Of a DNA stretch of 32,000 bases, positions 10,604 to 19,844 are shown one piece after another. The position numbers and the translations under genes were made by a program. Within the stretch, counting starts at the first letter, position 1. Each line of letters begins with the position of its first letter. The DNA comes from Cyanobacteria bacterium J06592_8. Its GTDB lineage: Bacteria > Cyanobacteriota > Cyanobacteriia > Cyanobacteriales > Microcoleaceae. The DNA is taken from NCBI GenBank assembly GCA_038530755.1, contig JBCBCI010000021.1, positions 6,837-38,836 on the forward strand, in the 5' to 3' direction. Under the pieces are notes generated by a model, which worked only from the letters and a program-made list of their open reading frames with translations, did no database searches and was not told where the DNA came from.

Positions 10604-10888
10604 TTACGGGTTAGGTTGAACAAAAGAACTAGAACTTTGATTAGAAGGATATAAGGCATCAGGAAATGGAGTCGGGCCAGTCCCGACTGTATTTCCCACA
10701 AAAAATACTAAAGAGAAAAGCAGGAAGAACAGATACCATACTGAATTCCATTCATCAGAAGAACTATAATAAGATGACTTGTCTCTTCTACGAGCCGGTT
10801 TAACATCAAATTCAAGTTCAATCCGCTTTCCTTGAACCGGACCCGAAACTCGAAAGCTATCTATTTTGATTTGTTCTCGATCAGACAT
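10604..10888 (-). CDS. Hypothetical small membrane protein (94 aa)
   Basis: ATG preceded by GAGGA 8 nt upstream. One clear TM helix (WYLFFLLFSLVFFVGNTV). No recognisable family. Confidence 0.4.
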   Translation of the reverse strand: MSDREQIKIDSFRVSGPVQGKRIELEFDVKPARRRDKSSYYSSSDEWNSVWYLFFLLFSLVFFVGNTVGTGPTPFPDALYPSNQSSSSFVQPNP

Positions 10889-10980
10889 TGGATTTCCTCG
10901 TAAACTTGCAATTAATTGAACTTGTAAGTTAGTACGGGGTTGTCAAGCGGATCTCCGGACAAAATATGAGGATGTAAGTA

Positions 10981-11367
10981 TCAAGTAAGAGGTAGAGTAA
11001 TCGTGAAGAGAGTACCTTCTCCCCATCTGGAATTACAGGTAATTGTGCCACTATGTTGTTCGGTTATAATTTGATAACTCATCGATAAGCCAAGTCCAGT
11101 ACCTTGACCAATGAGTTTAGTCGTAAAAAAGGGCTCAAAAATGCGTTCGCGAGTATTTTCACTCATTCCAGAACCATTGTCTGCAATCTGAATTCTCACC
11201 GTTTGCGAGTCTTTTATCTCTGTTGTAATCCGGATTTCTGGAAAGTCTTGCTCTTCAAACGTTCTTAAAACATCAATGGCATTGGTCAGAATTTGTAGGA
11301 ACACTTGATTGAGTTGATTGGCATAACAGTTGAGTGGGGGAAGTTGTCCATTAATTGAACTAAGCGT
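10981..11367 (-). pseudogene. 3' fragment of a histidine kinase gene (HATPase_c domain only; HisKA and sensor parts missing)
   Basis: This frame is open from 11367 and reads ...GQLPPLNCYANQLNQVFLQILTNAIDVL (N box), IADNGSGM (G1), FEPFFTTK (F box) and GTGLGLSMS (G2). Nothing upstream encodes a phospho-acceptor domain. The csm2-like frame runs into it instead. Confidence 0.75.
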
Positions 11368-11789
11368 TCAAAATCGTCTTTGCTGTGTACTCGATCAATT
11401 GCTTCTTCCATCACTTTATTTAATGCTTTAACCGCATCCTGTCGTGCGGCGGCGTAAGCCAGCTTGGGTTTAAGCAAAACAACTTCTGTTTCAATCGCAG
11501 AGAAATCATTTCCTACTAATTTGGCTTTCAATTGATTGATGGCATCCAGAAACTTACGAACCTGATTTGTTTCCAGTCGCTGTCGCTTTAGTTCTGGTCC
11601 AAACTGCTGTGCGTGTTTAACTAAATCCCGAATTGGGTAATCTTTCAGACCTCCTTTCAATTCTTTAATTTTATCAACAATCTCTTGGGTAATATCAGAC
11701 TTTGGGTGATTATTTTTGCCTTGATAACTGGATTACTGATTGGGTTTAGATTGATTCTTCTGCACTATTAGCTTAACAGGTTTATTCAT
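11286..11789 (-). pseudogene. csm2: csm2-like (type III CRISPR-Cas small subunit, Cas11 family) pseudogene with an in-frame TAA and a 3' truncation
   Basis: ATG at 11789-11787 gives MNKPVKLIVQKNQSKPNQ, then an in-frame TAA (11735-11733). The same frame continues SSYQGKNNHPKSDITQEIVDKIKELKGGLKDYPIRDL...TNQVRKFLDAINQL...LLKPKLAYAAARQ...DDFERLVQLM. The QxRKF and KPKLAYAAAR motifs are as I remember them for the Csm2 family. Similarity stops at about 11345-11360, where the kinase-fragment frame takes over. Confidence 0.6.
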
Positions 11790-11842
11790 TGTTTTATTTT
11801 CAGTTATAATAGCAAACTTATTGAAAAGGTTCTCACCTTCTA

Positions 11843-12400
11843 TTAAGATTGTAATATTTGTTCCACAGTTAACGCTAATTCAGGAAATATCTGAGAAACA
11901 ATTTGTTGATTTCCTTGATATTCTGTCTCCTCGTATAATCCTTCTACTAAAGTTAAAACTGTAACTTTTTGCTCAACTGGATCGACAATCCAATATTCAG
12001 GAATTCCTACCACACTATACTCTGAACGTTTGTAGCGGTAATCTCGTGTTTTTGACTCTGAACTGACAATTTCGACGGCTAACAGTGTAGCTGATTCCAG
12101 AACTGCTGATACATCCCGACGAGTGATTTGATCTCTGGCTATGAGAGAAATATCGGGAATTCTTGAGCGATTAATCGAGGTTCTAACTCCTACATTTCCC
12201 AGTGTAACCCAAGGTAAATTTAATCGACTAATTTCAGCTTCAAAAGCATTGGTTAAATATCGAATAATTAAAGCATGATCAAATGTTGGTGGATTCACAA
12301 TAATTAATTCCCCATCTTCCAATTCATAACGGTTATTCGTACCATCATCATAGTTGAGATAGTCCTCAAATGTTAGTTTTTGTTGAGTCGTTGTGTTCAT
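11843..12400 (-). CDS. Uma2-family (DUF820) putative endonuclease
   Basis: 185 aa. N-terminus LTFEDYLNYDDGTNNRYELEDGELIIVNPPTFDHALI and C-terminal core PDISLI...AVEIVSSESKTRDYRYKRSEYSVVGIPEYWIVDP are typical of this family, which is abundant in cyanobacteria. Confidence 0.85.
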   Translation of the reverse strand: MNTTTQQKLTFEDYLNYDDGTNNRYELEDGELIIVNPPTFDHALIIRYLTNAFEAEISRLNLPWVTLGNVGVRTSINRSRIPDISLIARDQITRRDVSAVLESATLLAVEIVSSESKTRDYRYKRSEYSVVGIPEYWIVDPVEQKVTVLTLVEGLYEETEYQGNQQIVSQIFPELALTVEQILQS

Positions 12401-12416
12401 GGTGTTAACCTCTGTT

Positions 12417-12979
12417 TTATTGACGATTTAATAATTCTATCCAAGTGGCAATCGCACGGGAATAGGGTGCATTATAAGGGTTTTTCAGGGAAATCCTAAA
12501 CTTTTCATTTTGATCGAGTTGCTTTACAAATGGCAAAACACCGAATAAATCAGGGAAAGTTTCTGGCTTTAGATAATTCTCAATTTGTTCATCTATTGTT
12601 TTATGTTTGCCCGTTCCTAACCATTCATGCCATTTAAAAACCTCACCAAATAATCCTAAACTATCTCCTCTTTGACGATTTGTTTATATTCAGCTAAATC
12701 GGGTGCTTTTTCTATTGGATAGGAAATCAAAGGAGCAGAATCTGCAATCGCATCTACAAGACAATAATACTCTTTGTTGTGACCTTCTCGAAGCTTGACA
12801 AAATCGAACAATAAGCGTAAACAATCTATGTTATTATCTGTCCAAGATAACGTTTCTTTTGCTTTTTCAACTGCTGGATAATTCTTTTCTATATTTCTTG
12901 AGAATTCAGCCTCTGACCAACGTGCTAAAGTTAGTACAGCCTCTCGCATAACTTGTAAAGCAATATCTTCTGATCTCAT
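12417..12979 (-). pseudogene. Hypothetical gene apparently split by a frame change: 107-aa ORF (12979-12656) plus a startless 88-codon ORF (12683-12417)
   Basis: The 107-aa ORF ends at TAG 12658-12656. In the frame offset by one nucleotide, an open frame with no ATG/GTG/TTG runs from 12683 to TAA 12419-12417 (...GLFGEVFKWHEWLGTGKHKTIDEQIENYLKPETFPDLFGVLPFVKQLDQNEKFRISLKNPYNAPYSRAIATWIELLNRQ). It ends 17 nt before the Uma2 start. Confidence 0.35.
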
Positions 12980-13030
12980 TCAAATTTTCCTCATTAATAG
13001 ACACAGCTTCTAACTTTCAGTCTTTTCCTC

Positions 13031-13720
13031 TTAAAGATGCTTTCCTAAGCGATCGCACTGGTAGCGACCATTCGCCAAATAATGACCAAAAATGCGATCG
13101 CCTCGATCTCCCCAGACATCACATTCATAGGTAGAATCTTCAAATGGTTTACCTTTGAGTTGTTTAAAATCTAACTTTCTTGGATTCTCTTGTCCATTAG
13201 TCTCTAAGTATCGGCTCAAATCATCTAAACGTTCATTGAGAGTAAAAAGGCGATCGGGTTGCACCCTTTCTACTGAATTTCCAAACTCCGTAGAATAGAC
13301 CAATTTAGAACTCCATGGTAATAAAAGTTCTCGTTCATAATAGTTACTCTTCGCCTGTTTCCAGAGAAGTTTTCCCCATTCTGATAACCCCACAAACTCT
13401 CCATCTCTAAAGAGTAAGGTTTCTGGAATACCTTGACATTGAGAAAGCGGAAGTTGTTGATATTCTAGCTGTCGAAATGTCGTTAAATGTTGTTCAATTA
13501 CACCCGTTGAATCAAGCGTGATCGGTAAGCGAGGAATTCGTAATAATTCTGAACTAAACTGAAAAATATAGACGCATTCATCTGCATAGAACATTCCTAC
13601 AGCTTGTAGAAAACCGTTGACGCTTTTAAAACTGCCTGTCAGGTTAAAAATGACGTTGACCTGTGAATTATTTTGATAATTTTTCAAAGTTGCATCACAC
13701 CATTCTATTAGTTCGGACAT
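13031..13720 (-). CDS. CARF-like orphan protein (apparently lacking the N-terminal part of the domain) with a RelE-like or HEPN-like C-terminal region
   Basis: 229 aa. NLTGSFKSVNGFLQAVGMFYADECVYIFQFSSELLRIPRLPITLD resembles the (T/S)GGFK ... IP-LP core of CARF domains, but it starts at residue 26 rather than about 100. The C-terminus LKGKPFEDSTYECDVWGDRGDRIFGHYLANGRYQCDRLGKHL resembles RelE-type toxin cores and also contains an R-x6-H spacing. Confidence 0.45.
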   Translation of the reverse strand: MSELIEWCDATLKNYQNNSQVNVIFNLTGSFKSVNGFLQAVGMFYADECVYIFQFSSELLRIPRLPITLDSTGVIEQHLTTFRQLEYQQLPLSQCQGIPETLLFRDGEFVGLSEWGKLLWKQAKSNYYERELLLPWSSKLVYSTEFGNSVERVQPDRLFTLNERLDDLSRYLETNGQENPRKLDFKQLKGKPFEDSTYECDVWGDRGDRIFGHYLANGRYQCDRLGKHL

Positions 13721-13759
13721 CGCTATACGAAATGAGTCAATAGTTTCTCCTAAATGAAG

Positions 13760-14641
13760 TTAATTGTTGCTTTCTTCCTGACGCAATGCTTCAATGGCTT
13801 CAATCGTTAATCCCGTTACAGAAGCGATCGCTTCATTATCTAGTTGACCCAATAAATTTCGAGCCACCTCACGTTTTCCTTGTTCAATGCCTTGTTCAAT
13901 GCCTTGTTCAATGCCTTGTTCAATTCCCAATGCGATCGCGCCTTGCTGATCGTAGATAAACATTTCTCGGCGTTCTAAATCTTCGAGTTCTTCTGGTGTT
14001 AAATCGGCTTGATTGGCGATTTCAAAGGCTTGATGAAGTTCAGGAATATCATCCATATTTTCTGGGATTGAGGTGAGCGATCGCGCATACTTCATAAAGT
14101 AAATCCATTTATCAGTTAGAGTTTCAAGCTGGTTGAGTTCTTTGGTAAATTTCGGTAATTCAATAAAGACCAACTCCATGTCATTCTCTGTGTAGTAGTA
14201 GCCTTCTGTCTTCTCTCGATAAACATAGCGAGAAATCAATTGATCGTGATCGCTAAACATCTCGAAATCCGTAATCGTTAAAGCAATTACAGGTTGAAGA
14301 TATCGATATCCTTGCCCTCTTTGCAGTTGAAACGCATAAGTTTTCGCCGCATTAAACAAAACCCGCTTCCCAAAAGACTTTACGTTCAAAACCTGCATTT
14401 CAATAATGACGATTGTATCATTATTCAGCTTTGCTTTGACATCGAGATAGGTATCTTTCAAGCCTTCAAGTTGAGGCGGTAAGTTGGGATTGACAATTTC
14501 TAAGTCTTCAATCGTTGAATTGCCTTCATAAATCAAAGCATTCAGAAAACTAATCAGAATATCTTTGCTTTCAGTCGAACCAAATATCTTTTTAAAGGCG
14601 TAATCGGTTTTGGGGTTGATAAATCGCATTTTTGTCATCAC
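13760..14641 (-). CDS. Rpn-family recombination-promoting nuclease / PD-(D/E)XK putative transposase (TIGR01784-like with DUF4351-like tail)
   Basis: The N-terminus MRFINPKTDYAFKKIFGSTESKDILISFLNALI and the core DLEIVNP...YLDVKAKLNNDTIVIIEMQV are hallmark motifs. The true start may be the internal Met at 14629. Confidence 0.85.
   Translation of the reverse strand: MMTKMRFINPKTDYAFKKIFGSTESKDILISFLNALIYEGNSTIEDLEIVNPNLPPQLEGLKDTYLDVKAKLNNDTIVIIEMQVLNVKSFGKRVLFNAAKTYAFQLQRGQGYRYLQPVIALTITDFEMFSDHDQLISRYVYREKTEGYYYTENDMELVFIELPKFTKELNQLETLTDKWIYFMKYARSLTSIPENMDDIPELHQAFEIANQADLTPEELEDLERREMFIYDQQGAIALGIEQGIEQGIEQGIEQGKREVARNLLGQLDNEAIASVTGLTIEAIEALRQEESNN
13878..13925. repeat. 12-bp tandem repeat x4 (CCTTGTTCAATG x3 + CCTTGTTCAATT) inside the Rpn-like gene
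   Basis: Direct reading of the sequence. It encodes (GIEQ)4 on the minus strand. Confidence 0.95.
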
Positions 14642-14750
14642 ACCTCAGCTTTTTGAATTAATTTTAGCAGACAACAATCTCTAAACTTATTGCCTCAGCC
14701 AGAAGCCTCTGTTGTACTCGAAAGCCACTCTACAATTAAACAAGGATAAA

Positions 14751-14783
14751 GAAAATACAAAACCCCGACTTACAGAGCCGGGG
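14751..14783 (-). terminator. Intrinsic terminator on the minus strand with no gene upstream of it
   Basis: The minus-strand RNA reads CCCCGGC-UCUGUAA-GUCGGGG (7-bp stem with one G-U, 7-nt loop), followed by UUUUGUAUUUUC. The plus-strand version has no U-tract. Confidence 0.6.
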
Positions 14784-14866
14784 AGAGAAAACGAGCTTCA
14801 CATCTACCAACACTATAATATCTAGAATATCCTACAGTTGAGAATGTTGATTCTACTGATTTTTAG

Positions 14867-15055
14867 ATAGAGGTTAATTTAATTGAAGAAGCTGGGATAG
14901 AAAGAGAAGCCACAGTTAGAATTACGGTTGATTGGCCAGAGTCTCTGCACAAACGATTGTCAATCTATTGTGCAACATCGGGTAATAAAAAGGCTGAAGT
15001 CGTGAGGGTGTTTTTGGATGAATACCTCTCACAACAAGGAATCAAGGATGATTAA
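14867..15055 (+). pseudogene. Ribbon-helix-helix (CopG/ParG-like) ORF with no canonical start codon
   Basis: A 62-codon open frame follows TAG 14864-14866: IEVNLIEEAGIEREATVRITVDWPESLHKRLSIYCATSGNKKAEVVRVFLDEYLSQQGIKDD*. It shows the strand-helix-helix pattern typical of RHH antitoxin or partition proteins. There is no ATG/GTG/TTG near the 5' end. Confidence 0.35.
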
Positions 15056-15186
15056 AGCACTCTGTACAGGTACAGTCTGTCATCTAAAATCTGATTCTGA
15101 ATTTGTGTTCTATTCCAAAAGAGAAAGTAAACCAAGTGATTTCGATATGGGATAAGAATCAAATAATTTCCATACCCGATCCAGAC

Positions 15187-15216
15187 TTTAACCTGTTCTT
15201 AATCTTTGAACAAACC
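15187..15216 (+). promoter_or_regulatory. Candidate SphR (PhoB) Pho box upstream of ptxA
   Basis: TTTAACCT (15187-15194), spacer gtt, CTTAATCT (15198-15205), spacer ttg, AACAAACC (15209-15216). The first two 8-mers match PyTTAAPyPy(T/A) at 8/8 with the expected 3-bp spacers. The third unit is degenerate. The site is 84-113 bp upstream of the ptxA ATG. Confidence 0.45.
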
Positions 15217-15299
15217 CTCTTATGAGAAAATGCCTGTGGTTAAAGCATCTATAACTGGTTGGTATAGGCGTTGGAACTTCCACTTAATCGGCTTGCCAG

Positions 15300-16064
15300 A
15301 TGAATAAGTTTGCGATTGTTAGTCTTGAGCAGGTTGGAGTGACCTACAGTAATGGCATTGTTGCCCTTGAATCCGTATCACTTCAACTGAATCGGGGTGA
15401 GTTTGCCATTGTTCTAGGATCTTCTGGAGCGGGTAAATCAACTTTGCTGCGAACCCTCAATTATCTTCATCCGCCAACTCATGGTCGCGTTGTTGTAGAG
15501 GGAGTTGGAGAGTTAATTCAACCGTCTTCACTCCGTCTGCACCGAAAGCGAACAGGAATGATCTTCCAACAACATCAGTTGATTGAACGTCATTCAGCAC
15601 TGAAAAATGTACTGATGGGTCGATTAGCTTATCATTCCTTTTGGAGGAGTCTACTGCCACTTCCTAAACATGATCAACAGATTGCCTTGGACTGTTTGGA
15701 ACGGGTTAACTTACTCGATAAAGCATTAACTCCAGTGAAATCTCTCAGTGGTGGCCAGCAGCAACGAGTTGGCATTGCTCGTGCATTAGCTCAACAACCG
15801 CAGCTCATGTTAGCGGATGAACCCATTGCGAGCCTTGACCCGGCGAGTGCTCATCAGGTACTGTCTTTGCTCCGTGGTATCTGCAAAACCGATGGCATTG
15901 CAGCCTTACTGAGCTTACATCAAGTGGAATTTGCCAAAAAGTATGGCGATCGCATTATTGGCTTGTCCAACGGTCGTGTGACTTTTGATGGCCCTCCTTC
16001 TGCACTGAACAACCAGCATCTAGATGAAATTTACAGGAGCCAGTCCTTGGCAACCGTGGTGTGA
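15300..16064 (+). CDS. ptxA: Phosphite/phosphonate ABC transporter ATP-binding protein (PhnC family)
   Basis: Walker A GSSGAGKST, signature LSGGQQQRV, Walker B LMLADEP. First gene of a cluster that ends in ptxD. Confidence 0.8.
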   Translation: MNKFAIVSLEQVGVTYSNGIVALESVSLQLNRGEFAIVLGSSGAGKSTLLRTLNYLHPPTHGRVVVEGVGELIQPSSLRLHRKRTGMIFQQHQLIERHSALKNVLMGRLAYHSFWRSLLPLPKHDQQIALDCLERVNLLDKALTPVKSLSGGQQQRVGIARALAQQPQLMLADEPIASLDPASAHQVLSLLRGICKTDGIAALLSLHQVEFAKKYGDRIIGLSNGRVTFDGPPSALNNQHLDEIYRSQSLATVV

Positions 16065-16076
16065 ATTTGACTTTGA

Positions 16077-17093
<1,017 letters not shown>

Positions 17094-17215
17094 CTCCCAT
17101 CACTTCGCAGATAAGGGACGAGCGCAGAAATAAAATACCAGTCTTAGAATCCATCTATATTCAATAGAATCACAAGCTGGATTGGTATCTCAATAAACCG
17201 CAAGTCCTTAACCAT

Positions 17216-17242
17216 CCCCTTCTTGCGAAGGGGAGAGCTTTT
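17216..17242 (+). terminator. Small intra-operon hairpin between ptxB and ptxC (possible partial terminator or mRNA stabiliser)
   Basis: CCCCTTC-ttgc-GAAGGGG forms a perfect 7-bp stem with a 4-nt loop (17216-17233), followed after 5 nt by TTTT. Confidence 0.35.
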
Positions 17243-17265
17243 ACTAATAGGACAAGGATTTGATC

Positions 17266-18075
17266 ATGACTGTAACTCAGGAACGCTATGCCACAATCCT
17301 GCGCCAACAACAGCGGCAGTGGAAACGTCAACTGATTCGTGTGCTGTTGTTACTGGGGGTGATTCTCCTCTGTCTAGCAGTCGTAGGCTTGTTTGATGTC
17401 GAACGCATGACAGAGGGCATTCCGGCAATCGGCAAACTCCTCTCGGAAATGTTCCCCCCAGATTTTAGTCGCTTTGCGAAGTGGATTACACCGATTATCG
17501 ATACCCTAGCCATGAGTGTGGCAGGCACGGCTATTGCTGTGACATTATCACTGCCTTTGTGTATACTGGCAGCCCAAAATACTACACCCCATCCCATCTT
17601 GTTTCATCTTGCCCGCACCATTTTGAATGTGGCTCGGGCTATCCCTGAACTGATCTTAGGGATGATTTTGGTAGCTGCTGTTGGCTTCGGCAAACTACCT
17701 GGTACACTCGCGCTTGGTCTTCACTCTGTCGGGATGGTTGGAAAATTTTTTGCTGAGTCAATTGAACTCAGTAATCCTGCGCCAGTGGAAGCTGCTCGTG
17801 CAGTTGGAGCCACTGAAGCCCAAGTCATTGTTCACAGCATCTTGCCACAAGTTTTCCCTCAAATGGCTGACGTTACCTTTTATCGTTGGGAATACAACTT
17901 CCGTGCCTCAATGGTTCTCGGAGCTGTAGGAGCTGGGGGTATTGGCTTGGAAATTATTAGCGCCTTACGAATCTTGAAATATCAACAAGTCTCGGCACTC
18001 CTGATTGTTGTCCTCGTGATGGTTACACTTGTCGATGGTTTGAGTAACTATCTTCGTAAAGGGTTTGTGAATTGA
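17266..18075 (+). CDS. ptxC: Phosphite/phosphonate ABC transporter permease (PhnE family)
   Basis: The ATG at 17266 has AAGGA 7 nt upstream; the ORF track starts at the TTG at 17260. The protein is polytopic, with PhnE-like motifs (RAIPELILGMILVAAVGFG; YRWEYNFRAS). Confidence 0.8.
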   Translation: MTVTQERYATILRQQQRQWKRQLIRVLLLLGVILLCLAVVGLFDVERMTEGIPAIGKLLSEMFPPDFSRFAKWITPIIDTLAMSVAGTAIAVTLSLPLCILAAQNTTPHPILFHLARTILNVARAIPELILGMILVAAVGFGKLPGTLALGLHSVGMVGKFFAESIELSNPAPVEAARAVGATEAQVIVHSILPQVFPQMADVTFYRWEYNFRASMVLGAVGAGGIGLEIISALRILKYQQVSALLIVVLVMVTLVDGLSNYLRKGFVN

Positions 18076-18151
18076 CCTCCTCCCCTTCACCATAATCCAT
18101 CTCCGTCCTTAAGTCCGGAGTTTCCCGAAAAATTCGATCAGCAGCGTCCCT

Positions 18152-19147
18152 ATGCGTCCCAAAGTTGTACTCACCCATTGGGTTCATGAGAAAATCATTG
18201 AGTTTCTCAGCGAAACTTGTGAAGTTGTTCCCAACCCGACTCGCGAAACCTTGCCCAGAGATGAAATTTGTCGCCGTGCAAAAGATGCAGATGGGTTGAT
18301 GGTCTTTATGCCCGATTCAGTTGATGAAGCATTCCTTGATGATTGTCCTTGTTTGAAGGTCATTGCAGGAGCCTTGCGGGGTTATGACAACTTTGATGTT
18401 GCAGCCTGTCGCGATCGCCAGATCTGGTTCACAATTGTACCGGATCTATTAGCGGCTCCAACTGCTGAACTCACAATGGGTCTTCTCATTGGTTTAGCTC
18501 GCCGCCTCATCGAAGGTGATGCACTCATTCGACAAGGTCAATTTTCAGGTTGGCGGCCCATCCTTTACAGTACGGGGCTGTTGCATAAAACCCTTGGCAT
18601 TGTGGGTATGGGAAAACTAGGACGTGCCCTGGTTCAGCGACTGCAAGGTTTTGAGATGCAGTTGTTGTATACAGACCCTATCCCCCTCCCGACTGAATTA
18701 GAAAAAGCATGGCAAATTGAGGCGGTTACTTTAGCGCAGCTTTTAGAAACCAGCGATTATGTGGTATTGTTAGTGCCGCTGCAACCCAATACATTCCATT
18801 TGTTTAATGACGAGACAATAGCCCAGATGAAGCCAGGTAGTATTTTGATTAATCCTTGTCGGGGTTCTGTTGTAGATGAAAAAGCTGTTGCTGATGCTTT
18901 AGCCCAAGGTCATCTCGCTGGCTACGCGGCAGATGTGTTTGAAATGGAAGACTGGGCGCGTCGCGATCGTCCGACCAGCATTGAGTCACGATTAGTACAG
19001 AATCGGAATCAAACATTCTTTACTCCCCATTTAGGCTCCGCTGTTGAAGAAATACGATTTGAGATTGCCATGGAAGCGGCTGTGAATCTGGTACAGGCTC
19101 TACAGGGAAATATGCCCCAGGGTGCTGTGAATCAATTAAATGAGTAA
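18152..19147 (+). CDS. ptxD: NAD-dependent phosphite dehydrogenase
   Basis: 331 aa, collinear with Pseudomonas stutzeri PtxD as I remember it. Shared features: [36 protein letters not shown] site GIVGMGKLG, catalytic context [27 protein letters not shown] and FTPHLGSAV. Confidence 0.85.
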   Translation: MRPKVVLTHWVHEKIIEFLSETCEVVPNPTRETLPRDEICRRAKDADGLMVFMPDSVDEAFLDDCPCLKVIAGALRGYDNFDVAACRDRQIWFTIVPDLLAAPTAELTMGLLIGLARRLIEGDALIRQGQFSGWRPILYSTGLLHKTLGIVGMGKLGRALVQRLQGFEMQLLYTDPIPLPTELEKAWQIEAVTLAQLLETSDYVVLLVPLQPNTFHLFNDETIAQMKPGSILINPCRGSVVDEKAVADALAQGHLAGYAADVFEMEDWARRDRPTSIESRLVQNRNQTFFTPHLGSAVEEIRFEIAMEAAVNLVQALQGNMPQGAVNQLNE

Positions 19148-19155
19148 GGTAGTTA

Positions 19156-19797
19156 ATGAACTCACTTGAATTGACCGTTAAAAAGCAATATGATGACTTA
19201 GCTCCTGTTTATGATCAGCGTTGGAGTCGATACATTTCTGATACCTTACTCTTTTTCAGAGAATGGCTCAACATTTCTCCCTCAGCAACTGTTCTCGATG
19301 TGGCGTGCGGCACAGGAGAATTAGAGCGTTTATTACTTGAGCAGTATCCCAGTCTATATATTGTGGGTGTTGATATCTCTGAACAGATGCTCGTACAAGC
19401 TCGGCAAAAATTAACAGGTTACACAAATGTATCGTTTGAGAATACAACTGCCTCTAGCTTACCCTTTTCAGATGAGTCTTTTGACGTCGTTATTTCTGCT
19501 AATTCATTTCACTATTTCTCAGACCCAGAGAAGGTGCTAACTGAAATGAGACGAGTCTTGAAACCCGGTGGAACAATTGCAATTCTAGACTGGTGCAAAG
19601 ATTTTTGGCTGTGCCGAGTCTGTGATTGGGTTCTGAAAATTCTAGATCCGGCTCATCAGCAGTGCTATACAGAAGCAGAGCTTCATGCTTTTCTCAAGAC
19701 ATCTGGATTTCATGTCTGTCGATCTCAGCGGGTGCGATTTGGTCTGCTCTGGGGACTCATGGCAGTAAGCTGTCGAGCATCTGAACCCAATAATTGA
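19156..19797 (+). CDS. Class I SAM-dependent methyltransferase (Methyltransf_11-like)
   Basis: Motif I VLDVACGTGEL, motif post-I GVDISEQML, FDVVISANSFHYF, LKPGGTIAILD. It starts 8 bp after the ptxD stop. Confidence 0.8.
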   Translation: MNSLELTVKKQYDDLAPVYDQRWSRYISDTLLFFREWLNISPSATVLDVACGTGELERLLLEQYPSLYIVGVDISEQMLVQARQKLTGYTNVSFENTTASSLPFSDESFDVVISANSFHYFSDPEKVLTEMRRVLKPGGTIAILDWCKDFWLCRVCDWVLKILDPAHQQCYTEAELHAFLKTSGFHVCRSQRVRFGLLWGLMAVSCRASEPNN

Positions 19798-19844
19798 CTA
19801 AGTACCTGTGCAAAATATTTAATATAACTTCAGTTTTGAGAGTG

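Noticed and set aside
13721-13762. The stop codon of the Rpn-like gene is in frame with the CARF-like ORF (13 codons apart), suggesting a read-through fusion
   Set aside because: The two proteins belong to unrelated families, and an in-frame arrangement has a one-in-three chance of arising by accident. There is no evidence of a recoding signal.
11661-15299. CRISPR repeat-spacer array near the csm2-like and CARF-like remnants
   Set aside because: I found no regularly spaced direct repeats of 25-40 bp in any intergenic stretch of the islet. The only tandem repeat is the 12-bp coding repeat at 13878-13925.
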